The notes beneath the pieces were generated by a model. The model was given only the letters and a program-made list of their open reading frames with translations, was not told the origin of the DNA and ran no database searches. 64,000 nt of DNA, taken from assembly GCF_009914755.1 (NCBI RefSeq), contig NC_060941.1. The stretch is one strand, 5' to 3'. Origin of the DNA: the human T2T-CHM13v2.0 reference genome, Homo sapiens. The translations under genes were made by a program, and so were the position numbers. Of this stretch, positions 12,246 through 25,823 are shown piece after piece. Within the stretch, counting starts at the first letter, position 1; each line of letters begins with the position of its first letter.

Positions 12246-13559
12246 CATGCTAAAACAAAATGAAATGCATAATGTTAAGGAGAAGTAAAAGAACTTTTGG
12301 AAAAAAAAACAAAAGAAATCACAGTTTAGCTGGCCTCAGGTTCTACCTTATGCCTGGGAATTCAATATTGCGCATCCTAATTCTTTATTATAATCCTCCT
12401 CTATAAGTTTTCTTAACACTAATATTTTCATTTTATGGATAAGAAATCTAGCAGGTCAAAGGATGAGCACAAAATATTTCCTTTTTCAGCCTTCACAGTC
12501 TGAAATTCTCTGGCTGAGAGAGAAGCAATGAAGTTCAGAGTTCCTAAGGGACTACAATTCTCTGAAAATAAAGGCTCTCATGAAATACCAGATTATTTTT
12601 ATCACAATTTCTATTTTCCTTTCATCTCATTTCATTCTGCCAAATTAAATACATCAGCATAGATGCAATAAAAAGGGGAGTAATAATGAATTTTTGACCT
12701 AGAGGGAGCAACCATGAGCCCATCCACCCTCACTCTGCGGCTGCTGACATGCAGAGAAAAACACCAGCAGTTTTTACTCTTGCTTAGAGAAAACACTCAG
12801 GATTTATATTCTACCTGCAGCATATAAATCTATGATCAGACCTGCTTTGGGGAATAGATTCCTGCTTCCTTCTTTACTTCTGTTTGAGTTTTCAGCATAA
12901 TAAGCAATTTAATCAGCAGCTCCACTAGAATGCTTCAGATATTTGCATATCAGCACTACTTGTCTCTCTTTCTCCTTATTAAAATTGGCATCTACCATGT
13001 CACTACACAGGACTGTAGAGCCAAGCATCCTGAGCCAATAACAGCAAAATATGACTTCTTGCTCAACAGCCTAAACCATTACCTGGTCTCTGCTGCTTGT
13101 CCTTCAGACCTGTATTTTACCAGCTGTAGAAAATCTATGCTGGTTTTCCCCTATCCAAAACAAACTCGGAGAGAGATATATTTTTGCTATTGTTAATGAA
13201 ACTTACTTAAATAAAAACTCTTCAACAACAACAAAAATCTCTCTCTTGCATGGTAAAGCATTTACAGGCCAGGGAAAAGGTTAGGACATGACAAAAAAAT
13301 CATAGTAGTGATGTGACAGTTGGAGAATTTCTGTGACTATGTTTGTACACTGCATTCGAAAGACAGTAAGAAATTGTGCATTTCAATAAATTAAATAGTA
13401 GGTTAGAATTACCACTAAAAGTTATCATGCAGCAATCTCCCTTAGCAACCAGCTTCCTGATGTATCAACTCAGCATTACTATTAAAATACTGAATTCAAA
13501 TATTGACTTTAAAAATCTCATATGTAAAGTATAGGAGAGACTTTCTCTGTTCATAAAAT

Positions 13560-13920
13560 TCATTCTTTTACACAGCTCACTTTGCAGTGAGATGTGACAT
13601 AGCCATATGAGCAATTCTTACCAAAGGACTATAAGAACTGATTTGTATCACCTGCAAGACAAGGCTTTTCAGACGTTCAGATGCATTTTTACCACTTCCT
13701 TTCCCCTTCCATTAACTGAATGCAGAAGATAATATTGCCATGGGACCTGCCAAATGGGGTAGCCACAATATGGAAGGAGCCTGGGTCCCTGAATCACCAT
13801 GTGAGAAGAGTTTCCTATGACCTAGCATACATACCATGGCCTGCTTCATGAGGGAAAAATAAGCTTCTACTGGGTTTGAGGCAATACAGATTTTGACAAA
13901 TCTTATTATTATGTATCTAT
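13560..13920 (+). mobile_element. MLT1J-like MaLR LTR
   Basis: atggaaggagcctgggtccctgaatcacc, gagggaaaaataagcttcta. Confidence 0.75.
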
Positions 13921-14803
13921 ACATTACCATAATAGAAGGATCATTTTGATGCAAATTAAAAGGTTTGGGAATCTGATCTTTCACTTCCCAAATGCTATTT
14001 TATTCTAGTCAAGTCATCTAATATTTCTAGCCCTAATTGTGTCTGCCATGAGTGTAGATTTGCTGGACATGCCCACAGTAAACATATTTAGGAATATTTA
14101 AAGTGCATTTTTACAGTATAGCCAAAAAGTCATTGTACCAAAGAAAATAAATATTGCATGTTTTGAGGCAGTTTTAGGATGCAACAGTATGACACTTAGA
14201 ATTTTGATTACATTTGGGCTTTCGACGCATGCCGGCACTTCCCCACTGACATTTATTCAAAGTCACTAGTGACCTACACAGCCACCAAAATATCCATCAA
14301 AGCAACTAAAGCAACATGTTCCAAACTATAAAATCTCTATGGCAACCTGAATGAAGCTTTGAAATTTCAGCATTTTCCATAGCACTAAGCACTATGTCTC
14401 ATGCTCAACACATATTTATTGAATTAACTGGTCAATTAGGAAAAAGCATTCATTTCTCTTAGATTCAATTGGTGAATATCACCAATACTTCCAAATATGC
14501 TCTTTACCTTCCATGGATAAACAAGATTTCATATTCTTGTCTATATTTAATGTTACTTAACTTGGTTTTCTGGTTAATTGCCTTATAGCTTTGCTAGTGG
14601 TAAACCCAACAGCTTTTCTCAAACCTCTTTTCTTTCTTAATTGTTTTTTATAATTCTGTTTTTGAGGCTTCAGAACACCTCTTTCCGAAATTATATTTTC
14701 TCTCAGTTATAGCCACTCTGTGTAACAGTAACATATATCCTACCATTTTAACTTATTTTTCTCTTTTGGTCCCTGCTCCCTCTTTTTTTTCTTAGAGACT
14801 TTC

Positions 14804-15163
14804 TGTCTTTGTTTGCCTTGAAGTGCTATAACAAAATTTCATTGACTGGTGGCTTACAAACAACAGAAATGTATTTCTTACCATTCCAGGTGCTGGGAAG
14901 TCAAACATTGAAGTGCCAACAGATTTGGTGTCTGTCGAGCGCTCACTTCCTAGATGGCAGTCCTTTTGTTGTAACTTCACATGGTTGGAAGAAGCAACGT
15001 TCTCACTGGAGCCTCTTTTATAAGGGGACTAATCACATTCAAGAAGATTCCACCCTCATGACCTACTCACCTCCCAAAGGCTCCACCTCCCAATACCATC
15101 ACTTTGTGGATTAAGATTTCAATATATGAATTTTAGGGAAACACAAACATTTAGACTATAGTC
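14804..15163 (-). mobile_element. MSTD/MLT1A-type MaLR LTR
   Basis: gctataacaaaat...tggcttacaaacaacagaaat...acacaaacatttagactatag. Confidence 0.85.
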
Positions 15164-15189
15164 ATTTTTGTGAGGCTGTTTTTTTGTCT

Positions 15190-15620
15190 CTCACTCTTTT
15201 ATCTCTGGGCTGGTGATGCCAAGATTTTTGTCTCCGGTGAAGTCAATTTTCCTAAGATTGCAAATACCTACAATAATTGCTTAAAGGATGCACATGTTTT
15301 CCTCACCATCACATCAATTTCAACACATCAATGTTTTCTCTTCCTTCAATCTGGATATCTATTCCCCTACATACTTTGAATTAGTCAGTGACATCAACAT
15401 TCTGTCAGTTTTGCAACCTTTGAAAAATCATCAAATTAGCCTTCTTCTTCATTTTCCACATTCAATTTGTTGCTAAGTCTTTTCAGTGTTTTCTGCAAAG
15501 TGCCCTTCTATTGCTGTAATCAGCAACCCATTCCAGGTGCTCAATCCTCAGGTATGGGCTTGTTTATCCTTTCCCAATTTACTGTAACTCTACATTCACC
15601 TCCTGCCCCCCGCCCATCCA
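15190..15620 (+). mobile_element. L2 fragment
   Basis: tgctgatg-like ggtgatgccaagatttttgtctcc and downstream pyrimidine-rich L2-like blocks. Confidence 0.45.
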
Positions 15621-15633
15621 AAATACAGTTTAC

Positions 15634-15806
15634 CAATGGTTCTCACACCTGGCTACACATTGAAATTCCTGGGGGGGCTTTAAGAACACACATAGCAAGG
15701 ATTTCTCCTAGAAATTCTGATTAACTTTGTCTGCAAGGGGCAGTCTGAGCATTAGGATTTTTACTTCTCCCAGATAATGATAATATGCAGCCAGTATTGA
15801 GAACTG
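15634..15806. mobile_element. MER5-type hAT-Charlie element
   Basis: caatggttctca...ttctgattaa...tctcccagataatgataatatgcagccagtattgagaac. Confidence 0.7.
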
Positions 15807-16039
15807 TGTAGTTTTCCCGTTTCCAGTCTGCTTATTCCAAGGGACTTTATATTTTTTTGTGGATAAAATAATCAGATCTGTTGTTTCACTATGTTCTCTA
15901 ACTGGCTCTTTTTTGTATACAAAGAAAGCTATTGATTTCTGCATATAATGTATAAGTAGATATCTTATTGAATAGTTTTATCTCTAAGAGATTTTTAATA
16001 TTAATAATCTTATCCTTTCCAGACATATATAAACATATC

Positions 16040-16517
16040 TGCATTGGTTTCCTATTGCTGCTATAATAAATCATCATAAACTTAGTATTAAAGCAACATA
16101 CATTATTTTGCAGTTTTAGAGGTCAGAAGTCTAAAATGGATCCATGAGGCTGCATTTCTTTTAGTGGCTCTAGGGAAAATTAAGGTTCCTTGTCTTTTCC
16201 AGCTTTTAGAAACCACCTACATTCTTTTGCTTGCAGCTTCTTCCTCCATCTTCAAAGTTAGCAGTATACCATCTTCCCTTCTCTCAGACCTCAATTTCCA
16301 TATTTATATCTTCTCTCTACTTTACACTTAAATCGTAACTCCACTGCCTCCCTCTTACAAGGACTTCTGTGATTATATTAGGCCTACATGGGTAATTCAA
16401 GATAATCTCCACATCTCTTGATCCTTAATTTAATCATATATACAAAATCCCCTTTACCATGAAAGGTTCCGGAGATAGGACATGGAAATCTTAGGAGGTC
16501 ATGATTTGGCCTACTGT
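16040..16517 (-). mobile_element. MLT1C/D MaLR LTR
   Basis: tgcattggtttcctattgctgctataa...aggacatggaaatcttaggaggtcat...cctact. Confidence 0.8.
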
Positions 16518-16560
16518 ATCATCTTAAAATAACAATAAATAGCCTTCTCATGTCCAATTC

Positions 16561-16721
16561 TTTTTTTAATTTTATTATTATTATACTTTAAGTTTTAGGG
16601 TACACGTGCACAATGTGCAGGTTTATATATGTATATATGTGCCATGTTGGTGTGCTGCACCCATTAACTTGTCATTTAGCATTAGGTATATCTCCTAATG
16701 GTATCCCTCCCCCCTCCCCCA
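16561..16721 (-). mobile_element. Short young L1PA 3' end with 17-bp TSD
   Basis: ttatactttaagttttagggtacacgtgcac.... TSD tctcatgtcca(a/c)ttctt at 16546-16562 and 16723-16739. Confidence 0.93.
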
Positions 16722-16818
16722 ATCTCATGTCCACTTCTTAAATCCCATTTCTTTATTCTTTTTTCTCTCAGCTTTGGTCAGTTCTTCCTCTTCTTATTGT
16801 TTATAGTAATATCACATA

Positions 16819-17163
16819 CAATCATGCACCACATAATGCCATTTCAGTCAATGATGGGCCATTTAAACTACAGTGGTTCCACAAGATTATAACATTGTAT
16901 TTTTACTGTACCTTTTGTATGTTTACATATGTTTAGATACACAAATACCCTTGTGTTACAATTGCCTACAGTATTCAGTATAGTATAGATGTTGTATAGG
17001 TTTGTAATCTAGGAGCAATAGGCTATACCAGATAGCCTAGATGTGTAGTAGGCTATATGATCTAGGTTTGTGTAAGTTAACTCTATGACATTTGCACAAC
17101 AACCAAATCACCTAATGAGGCATTTCTCAGAACATATCCTTGTCATTAAGTGATAAGTGACTG
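16819..17163. mobile_element. Tigger3a (MER7A) DNA transposon
   Basis: TA|caatcatgcaccacataatg...cattaagtgataagtgactg TIRs; internal aggagcaataggctatacc. Confidence 0.88.
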
Positions 17164-17406
17164 CATTTTTATATATACGTATAGGTTGTTGCTTCTCTCT
17201 GAATGTAGGCATCCCTCTCTGGTCCTGCTATTTGGTTAAAAAAAAAAGTAATTGAAGTTAGCAGTGAGCTTATAATAATGTTCTCTCTCCTCTCTCTTGG
17301 CAGAATCTCTCCTCCATTTTCAGAATTCCCACTTTTGGAGTTAAGATTATTCAAGCTCATGGACCCTCTATGTAATTTAGTATTTATAAATATCTGCTTA
17401 ACTTAA

Positions 17407-17841
<435 letters not shown>

Positions 17842-18357
17842 GCCCCCTGTTCTTTTACTCTGCCTCAGCTCGGTTCATGTCTCTTGGATCAGAGGCTAAG
17901 AAAAAGGAAAGATGGTGTGCATTTCTAGTAGTACAAAACTGGGTCCCTAAATGTGTGTTTCTTGCTTCTCCTTATGCCATCTCATGCTTGATCATCTTAA
18001 TTTCTGGTAAAGAGCTCTTTGTTTAGGCTTTTAAGACAAGCTCACTAATGTTTAGAAATTTTCACCTTTCTTTAGATTTGAAAAAATATGAGTCTATGAA
18101 GGGGATCAATTAATTAATATATAGATATTCACTCACGTTCCTTCCCAAGCACTGGTTGTTCCCTTCTCCCATACTTTGAGGAGAACCTGTTGTGTTTTGT
18201 GTGTTTTTTTTCCCCTAGACCAATTTCTAAACTTCTGCAAGGAGCAACTGAGAAAATGAAAATGACCAGCCAGACTAAAATGTGGTACAGCAGAGAGGAG
18301 ATAATGGGAGAAGAGAAATCAGCAGAGGTGATTTCACCAAGTTTCACAAAGGATTTG

Positions 18358-19900
18358 TTATTCATTCATGTAGCTTCTCATAAAATATCTATTTTGTACC
18401 TTCTATATGTTAGACACTCTTCCAGGTAATGAGGATAGAACAGTGAACAAAATATCAAGTTTCCTTCCCAAAATTTACATTCTAGTTGATGGAGATAGTC
18501 AGTCAACAAGCAGACAAGATTTACTTCAGCTTGTAATAAATCCTAAAGAAACAGATAAGACACTGAAATGGAAGTGATGAGACTGGGGCAGAGGAGGCAG
18601 TCAGTGATGTCGTCTTAGAATAAGTAAAATTACAACTGAAGCCTACAAGATTAAAGTAAATTTCCCTTTGAAAAGTTGAGGAAGGGTATTCAGGGCAGGG
18701 GACATAAACCCTGAAACAAAAAAGAGCTTATCGTATCTGAGGAGCAGACTGGTATGAGGAATGTCTCAATGCAGCTGGATGGGGAAATGATGCAGAATGG
18801 TGCAAGGTGAGGTGGGTGAGAAAGCTGGGTCCAGGTGGTGTAAGCATGGTAGGACATGGTCAAAACTCTAGGTTTTACTTTGAGTGTAATAAAAGGCACT
18901 TAACCATTTTCAGTGGGAATATGATGTGTTCCAATGTATGATTTTTAAATATCGCCATGATTTCTTGGGGTGTGAATGAGAACTAGATTATATGAAAAGT
19001 AAACGTGGAAGTACAGAGATCACTGAAGATGTTACAGAAACCCAGACAAGAGAGAATGGTAGCATGGGCTAAGGTTGGAGCTGTGGAATTGGAAGTTTGA
19101 GATCTTTGTTAGGTAAGCAAATTAAAATGTCACATAGGCAGATGACTATAGATATCGGGATTTCAGGTCAGATTAGACATATATTTGTGAGTCCTTAGCA
19201 ATAAATTGCATTTTGAGCCATGGGACTGGATGGGATCACCTAGAAAGAGAGCATACAATGAAAACCAGAGTACAGATGTCTGGAAAACATCAACATTTAA
19301 AAACCCCGTGAATGAAGGGGAGATAGCCAAGCATTCAAGGAGAATGAAGTATGCCAAGGCAGTTGAACGAAAACCAGGGGATGTCATGAAAGTCAAAATA
19401 CAACAATGTTTTAAGAAGAAAACAATTAAAACCTTTATCCAATGTTTCTGAATGGCCAATACATTGCTATCAGAGGAATGGACATTGAATATTAGATTTT
19501 CCAAGCTATTCCAAGAAAAGAACAATGTCAGTGGAGCCATATGTATGATTAACATACAGATGTTCATGCTCCTTCTAATTGGGTAGGCAAAAGAGTGAGT
19601 AGAGGTTTAAAAAAAGAAGAAGAAAAAGGGAGACAGTGAGTGTAGACAACTCTTTCCACAATATTTTTTGGGAAGAGGGTCAAGAAATATGGCATGGTTA
19701 GACAGAGTATGTGGGATCAAAGGCATGTTAAGATGTTGGCACTAACTTGTTCATATACTGACTAGATTGATCCCATTAGATGGGGATACATGATGCAGGA
19801 AGGAGAGGAATTAACTATAGGACAAAAGTCTTTTAAGAAGATGGAAGGATTAGAGAAATTCAGAGTGCAAATAAAGGAGCTGGACTTTTCTGAGAGAAGA
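18358..19900 (-). mobile_element. L2 (about 1.5 kb of the 3' portion)
   Basis: Begins at the ttcattcat tail; gaggatagaacagtgaacaa, tggatgggatcacctag, gagtgtagacaactcttt. Confidence 0.85.
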
Positions 19901-22900
19901 AAGTTTCTGAATTATTTTTAAATTGTTTCTGGCTGCTAGACTGATACACAACTCCAAGGCTGGACCATATGGGTCTGAGCTTACATTTGAGTCATATATC
20001 AGTTTTTAGCTGCTATGTCCATTATGGGTAAATGCCTTTCATGATTGGTAAATTGGTAGCTATTTTTAATTTTTATGTGAAGGGAGGTTTCTGTTTATTT
20101 TTATTTGCTTATTGTTTCAGGCTGAAGATGGTGGAGGAAAAAATATGTCATCCATTCCTAACAATGTTTGCAGAGAAGTTATTCACTGGTTTCATAAAAC
20201 TATTATTTAGTTTTATGTTTTTCTCTTGAAACTCAGTCTTAAGCATCCATATCATGCACCATAGATTATAGATTTTAAAATTCTAAAAATTCTTCGTGTG
20301 TTTGTATGTGCGTCTGTGTGTGTCTCCCTCCCCACTTCCTCCCTCCTCCAAGACAGCATAGTTTAAATGCTGTTGGCTTGAAAGCCAGAGTATGTCCCTC
20401 CACTCAGTATTTTCTCCAAGGGTATCCTAGGATGATGCTTAATTAGAAAACATAGTGATTTAAACATTTAATTATTTTAACTAGATCCAAAACAGAATGA
20501 CTGTATTGGTGTAATTTATTTTTGACCACCATTTCCAAGTTTATTTTCCAATTAGTAGAACTGGGTTGAGATATTATCGACTAATTAATGAAATTAACTT
20601 ATTTTTTCATAATAATATTACATAATCATCAATCTCACTTGAATACGTGTTAGAGATTTTATGTTAGTTTAATGGGAGGTATAGGATGCTTTATGGGATA
20701 ATACAAAAAGCCCAGAGAACTGAGATAGCTTCTGTGTATGTGCATCCCTTGGCAGATTAAAAAGCCTGAAACTGGCAAGTGGAGCAAGATGGCATAATAG
20801 AAACCTAAACCATTTGTCCACCCCGCTGCAGTAACACCAAATTTTAACAACCATCTGCACACAGAAAAGCACCATCACATGAACCAAAAAATCAGGTGAA
20901 CAATCACAGTACCTGGTTTTAGCTTCATATCACTGAAAGAGGTATTAAAGAGGGTAGGAGAGACAGGCTTGAATCACTGGTGCCACCCCTCCCTGAGGCC
21001 AAGCCCTACCTAGCTCATGGATGACATTTCTAGGCACACCCTGGGCCAAAAGGGAACTGCTGGCATGAAGGGAAAGACCCAGTCCTGGCAGGATTCATCA
21101 GCTGCTAACTAAAGAGCCCTTGGGCTCTAAATAACAAGCAGCAATACCTAGGTAGTACACTGTGGGCCTTGGGCTCTGAGACATGCTGACTTCATGTGTG
21201 ACCCAGCAAATTCTCAGCTGTGAAGGCTATAGTGAAAGACTCCTTTTATTTGAGAAAAGCAGAGGGAAAAGTAAAGGAGACTTTGTCTTGCACCTTAGGT
21301 ACCAGCTCAGCTATAGCGAGGCAGAGCAACAAACAGGCTCTTGGTGTCCCGAGACTAGGTCTAGGTTCTTGAACAGCATTTCTGAACCTGCCCTGGGCCA
21401 GAGGGGAGCCCAGTGCCCTAAAAGGTGAGTCCCAGGCCTGGCAGAATTCATGACAAGCTGACTGAAGAGCACTTGGGCTTTAAGTGAACATCAGCTGTTC
21501 ACTTGTAGTGGCCTGGCAGAGCCCCCATGAGCTGGTGGTGGTGCTGCAGGGAGAGGCTCCTCTGCCTGTGGAAAGAGGTAGGAAGAGCAGGAAGGAGTTT
21601 GTCTTGTGGTTTGCGTGCCAGCTTAGCTGCAGCAGAATAGAACATTAGGTAAATTTCCAAGATTTTTTACTCTAACCCTTCGATTCAACACAGCAACTCT
21701 TGACTTGCCTGGGGCCTAGGGGAACTCGCCACCTTGAAGGGAAGGACACCAACCTGGCTGGTTTTGCTACCTGCTGATCATAGAGCCCTAGAGCCCTGAG
21801 TGAACATGGGTGGTAGCTAGGTAGTGGTTCAAGTCGGGTGGGAGAGACCCAGTGCTGTGTTGGCTTCAGGTCTGACCCAGCACAGTCCCAATAGTAGTGA
21901 CCACAGGGGTGTTTGCATTACCATATTCCCAGTTCCAAGCAGCTCAGCACAGAGTGAGAGATTCCATTTGTTTGGGAGAAAGTAAGGGAAGAGAACAAGA
22001 GTCTCCGCCTGGTAATCCAGAGAATTCTTCTGAATCTTATCCAAGACCACCAAGGCAGTACCTTTATGAGTCTGCAAGAACCACAGCATTATTGGGCTTT
22101 GGACCTACATCCCTTTGCATATCTGGAAATCCTTCCCAAGAAGGACAAGCACAAACAAGCCCAAACTTCAAAGACTACAATAAATACCTCATTTATCAAT
22201 GCCCAGACAAAAACTAACATCTACAAGCATCAAGACAATACAGGAAAATGGCCTCACCAAATGAACTAAATAAGGCACCAGAGATTGATCTTGGAAAAAT
22301 GAAGATATGTTACCTTTCAGAGAATTCAAAATAGCTGTTTTGATGATATTTAAAGATATTCAAGATAACACAGTGAAGGAATTCAGAATTCTATCAAATA
22401 AATTTAATAAAGAGATTGAAAGAATTAAAAAGAATCAAGCAGAAATCTTGAGTTGAAAAATTCAATTGACCTACTGAAGAATGCATCAGAGCCTCTAAAT
22501 AGTACAATTGATCAAGCAAAAGAAAACATTAGTAAGCTTGAAGACAGGCTATTTGAAAATACACAGTCAGAGGAGACAAAAGAAAAAAAGAATTAAAAAT
22601 AATGAAGCACACCTACAAGATCTAGAAAATAACCTTAAAGGGGAAAATCTAAGAGTTATTGGCTTTAAAGAGGAGGTGGAGAAAGAGATAAGGGTAGAAA
22701 GCTTATTCAAAGAGATAATATCAGAGAACTTCTCAAATGTAGAGAAAGATGTCAATATTCAAGTACAAGAAGGTTATGGAACACCAAGCAGATTTAACCC
22801 AAAGAGGACTACCTCAAGGCATTTGATAATCAAACTCCCAAAGGTCAAAGATAAAGAAAGAATCCTAAAAAATAGCAAGAGAAAAAAAAATAACATACAA

Positions 22901-24890
22901 TAAAGGTCGAATACATCTGGCAGCGGACTTTTCAATGGAAACCTTACAGGCCAGGAGAGAGTGGCATGACATATTTAGACTGCTGAAAGGAAAAATCTTA
23001 CCCAAGAATAACATCTCCAGTGAAAATATCCTTCAAACACAAAGGAGAAATAAAGACTTTCCCAGATAAACAAAAGCTGAGGGATTTCATCAACACAGAC
23101 CTGCCCTGCCAGAATGCTAATAGGAGTTCTTAAATCAGAAAGAAAAGAATGTTAATGAGCAATAAGAAATTATCTAAAGGTGCAAAATTTACTGGTAATA
23201 CTAGTAAGCACACAGAAAAACACAAAATATTATAACACTGTAATTGTATTTGTAGTGGGTAAACTTCTCTTAAGTAGAAAGAAGAAATGAAGAAGCAATA
23301 AAAAATAATAACTACCACAACTTTTCAAGACATAATATAATAAAACATAAAGACAAACAACAAAAAGTTAAAAAACAGAGGAACAAAGTTATAATGTAGG
23401 TTATTATTAGGGTTTCTTTGCATGTTTGTTTATGCAGTGTTTTCATCAGTTTAAAATAATGGGTTATAAGAATATTTGCAAGCCTCATAGTAACCTCAAA
23501 TTGAAAAACATATAACAAATACATAAAAAATAAAAAGCAGGAAATTAAATCATACTACCAGAGAAAGTCTCCCTCACTTAAAGGAGAATAGGATGAAAGG
23601 AAAGAAGGAAGAAAAGACCACAAAATACCAGAAAGCAAATTAAAAATTGGCAAGAGTAAGTCCTTATTTATCTTTAACACTGAATGTGAATGGACTAACT
23701 CTCAAATAAAAAGACACAGAGTGGCTGAATAATTTTTTTTTTAAAAAGGACCCATTGGATCTGCTGCCTACAGAAAAAAACACACTTCACCTGTAAAGAT
23801 ACACAGACTGAAAATAAAGAGATGGAAAAACATATTTCATGCAAATGAAAACTAAAAGCAGGAGTACCTATACTTATATCAGACATAATAAATTTCAAGA
23901 GAGAAACCATAAGAAGAGATAAAGAAGGTCATTATATAATGATAAAGGGGTCAGTTTAGCAAGAGGATATAACAATTATAAATATACATGTACTCAATGC
24001 TGAAGCACCTAGATATAGAAAGCAAGTATTTGAGATAAAGAGAGAAATATGCCTCAGTACAATAATGGCTACAGACTTCAACACCCCACTTTTCAGCATC
24101 AAACAGATCTTCCAGACGGTAAATTACCAAAGAAATATCGGACCTATACTGCACTGTACACCAAATGGACCTAATGGATTTTTACAGAACATTTCATCCA
24201 ACACCTGCAGAAAACACATTCTCCTCAGCACATGTACCATTCTCAAGGAGAGACCATATGTTAGGTCACAAAACAAGTCTTAAAACATTCCAAAAAAATT
24301 TAAATAATATCAAGCATTTTCTCTGACCACAATTGAATGAAACTAGAAATTAGTAACAAGAGAAAGTTTTGAAGCTATATAAACACACAGAAATTAAACA
24401 GTGTGCTCCCAAATAACCAGTAGGTCAATAAAAAAATTAAGAAGGAAATTGAAAAATGTCTTGAAACAAATGAAAATGGGAACACAACATACCAAAACCT
24501 ATGGGATACAGTGAAAGTATTACTAAGAAGGAAATGTATTGTTATAAGCGCCTACATCACAAAAGAAGAGAAACTTCAAATAAATAACATAATGATGCAT
24601 CTTAAAGAACTAGAAAAGCAAGAGCTGGCCAAACCCAAAATTAATAGAAGGAAAGAAATAATAAAGATCAGAGCAGAAATAAATGAAATTAAAATGAAGA
24701 AAACAATAGAGAAATCAATGAAATGCAAATTTGGTGTTTTGAAAAGATATAAAAAATTGGCAAAGCTATCACCAGACTAAGAAAAAAATGAGAGCAAGAT
24801 GGCCAAATAGGAATAGCTCCAGTCTGCAGCCCCCAGCGTGATTGACACAGAAGATGGGTGATTTCTGCATTTCCAACTGAGGTACCTGGT

Positions 24891-25223
24891 TCATCTCAAT
24901 GAGACTGGTTGGAGAGTGGGTGCAGCCCACAGAGGGTAAGCCAAAGCAGGGCAGGGCATTGCCTCACCCGGGAAGCTCAAGTGGTCAGGGGATTTCCCTT
25001 TCCTAGCCAAGGGAAGCCATGACAGACAGTACCTGGAAAAATGGGACACTCCTGCCCAAATACTGCACTTTTCCAATGGCCTTAGCAAACAGCACACCAG
25101 GAGATTATATCCTGCACCTGGCTTGGTGGGTCCCACGCCCACGGAGCCTTGCTCACTGCTAGTGCAGCAGTCTGAGATTGACCTGTGAGGGAGCAGCCTG
25201 GCAGGGGGCGGGGCATTCGCCAT
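24891..25223 (-). CDS. ORF0: L1 ORF0 homologue, open for 110 aa (expression unknown)
   Basis: MANAPPPARLLPHRSISDCC...SVGVGP.KPGAGYNLLV...FSR aligns with recalled L1HS ORF0 (MAGAPPPASLPPCSLISDCC...). Kozak context gcaATGg. Confidence 0.7.
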   Translation of the reverse strand: MANAPPPARLLPHRSISDCCTSSEQGSVGVGPTKPGAGYNLLVCCLLRPLEKCSIWAGVSHFSRYCLSWLPLARKGKSPDHLSFPGEAMPCPALAYPLWAAPTLQPVSLR

Positions 25224-25823
25224 TGCTAAAGCTTGAGTAGGTAAACAAAGCAGCCGGGGAAGCTCGAACTGGGCAGAGCCCACCACAGCTCAGCCAGTCC
25301 TGCTGCTTCTGTAGACTCCACCTCTTGGGGCAGGGCATAGCTGAACAAAATGCAGCAGAAACTTCTGCAGACTAAAATATCCCTTTCTGACAGCTCTGAA
25401 GAGAGCAGTAGTTTGCCCAGCATGGTGTTTGAGATTGGAGAATGGACAGACTGCCTCCTCAAGTGGGTCCCTGACCCCCATGTAGCCTAAATGGGAGACA
25501 CCTCCTAATAGGGGCTGACTGACACCTCATACAGGCGAGTGCCCCTCTGGGACGAAGCTTCCAGAGGAAGGATCAGGCAGCAATATTTGCTGTTCTGCAA
25601 TATTTGCTGTTCTGCAGCCTCCACTGGTGATACCCAGGCAAACAGGGTCTGGAGTAGACCTCCAGTGAACTCCAACAGACCTGCAGCTGAGGGACCTGAG
25701 TGTTAGAAGGAAAACTAACAAACAGAAAGGAATAGCATCAACACCAACAAAAAGGACATCTACACCAAAACCCCATCTGTAGGTCACCAACATCAAGGAC
25801 CAAAGGTAGATAAAACCAAAAAG

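Noticed and set aside
25581-25616. 17-bp tandem caatatttgctgttctg in the L1 5' UTR
   Set aside because: A doubled motif at this position is, as I recall, a subfamily feature rather than locus-specific.
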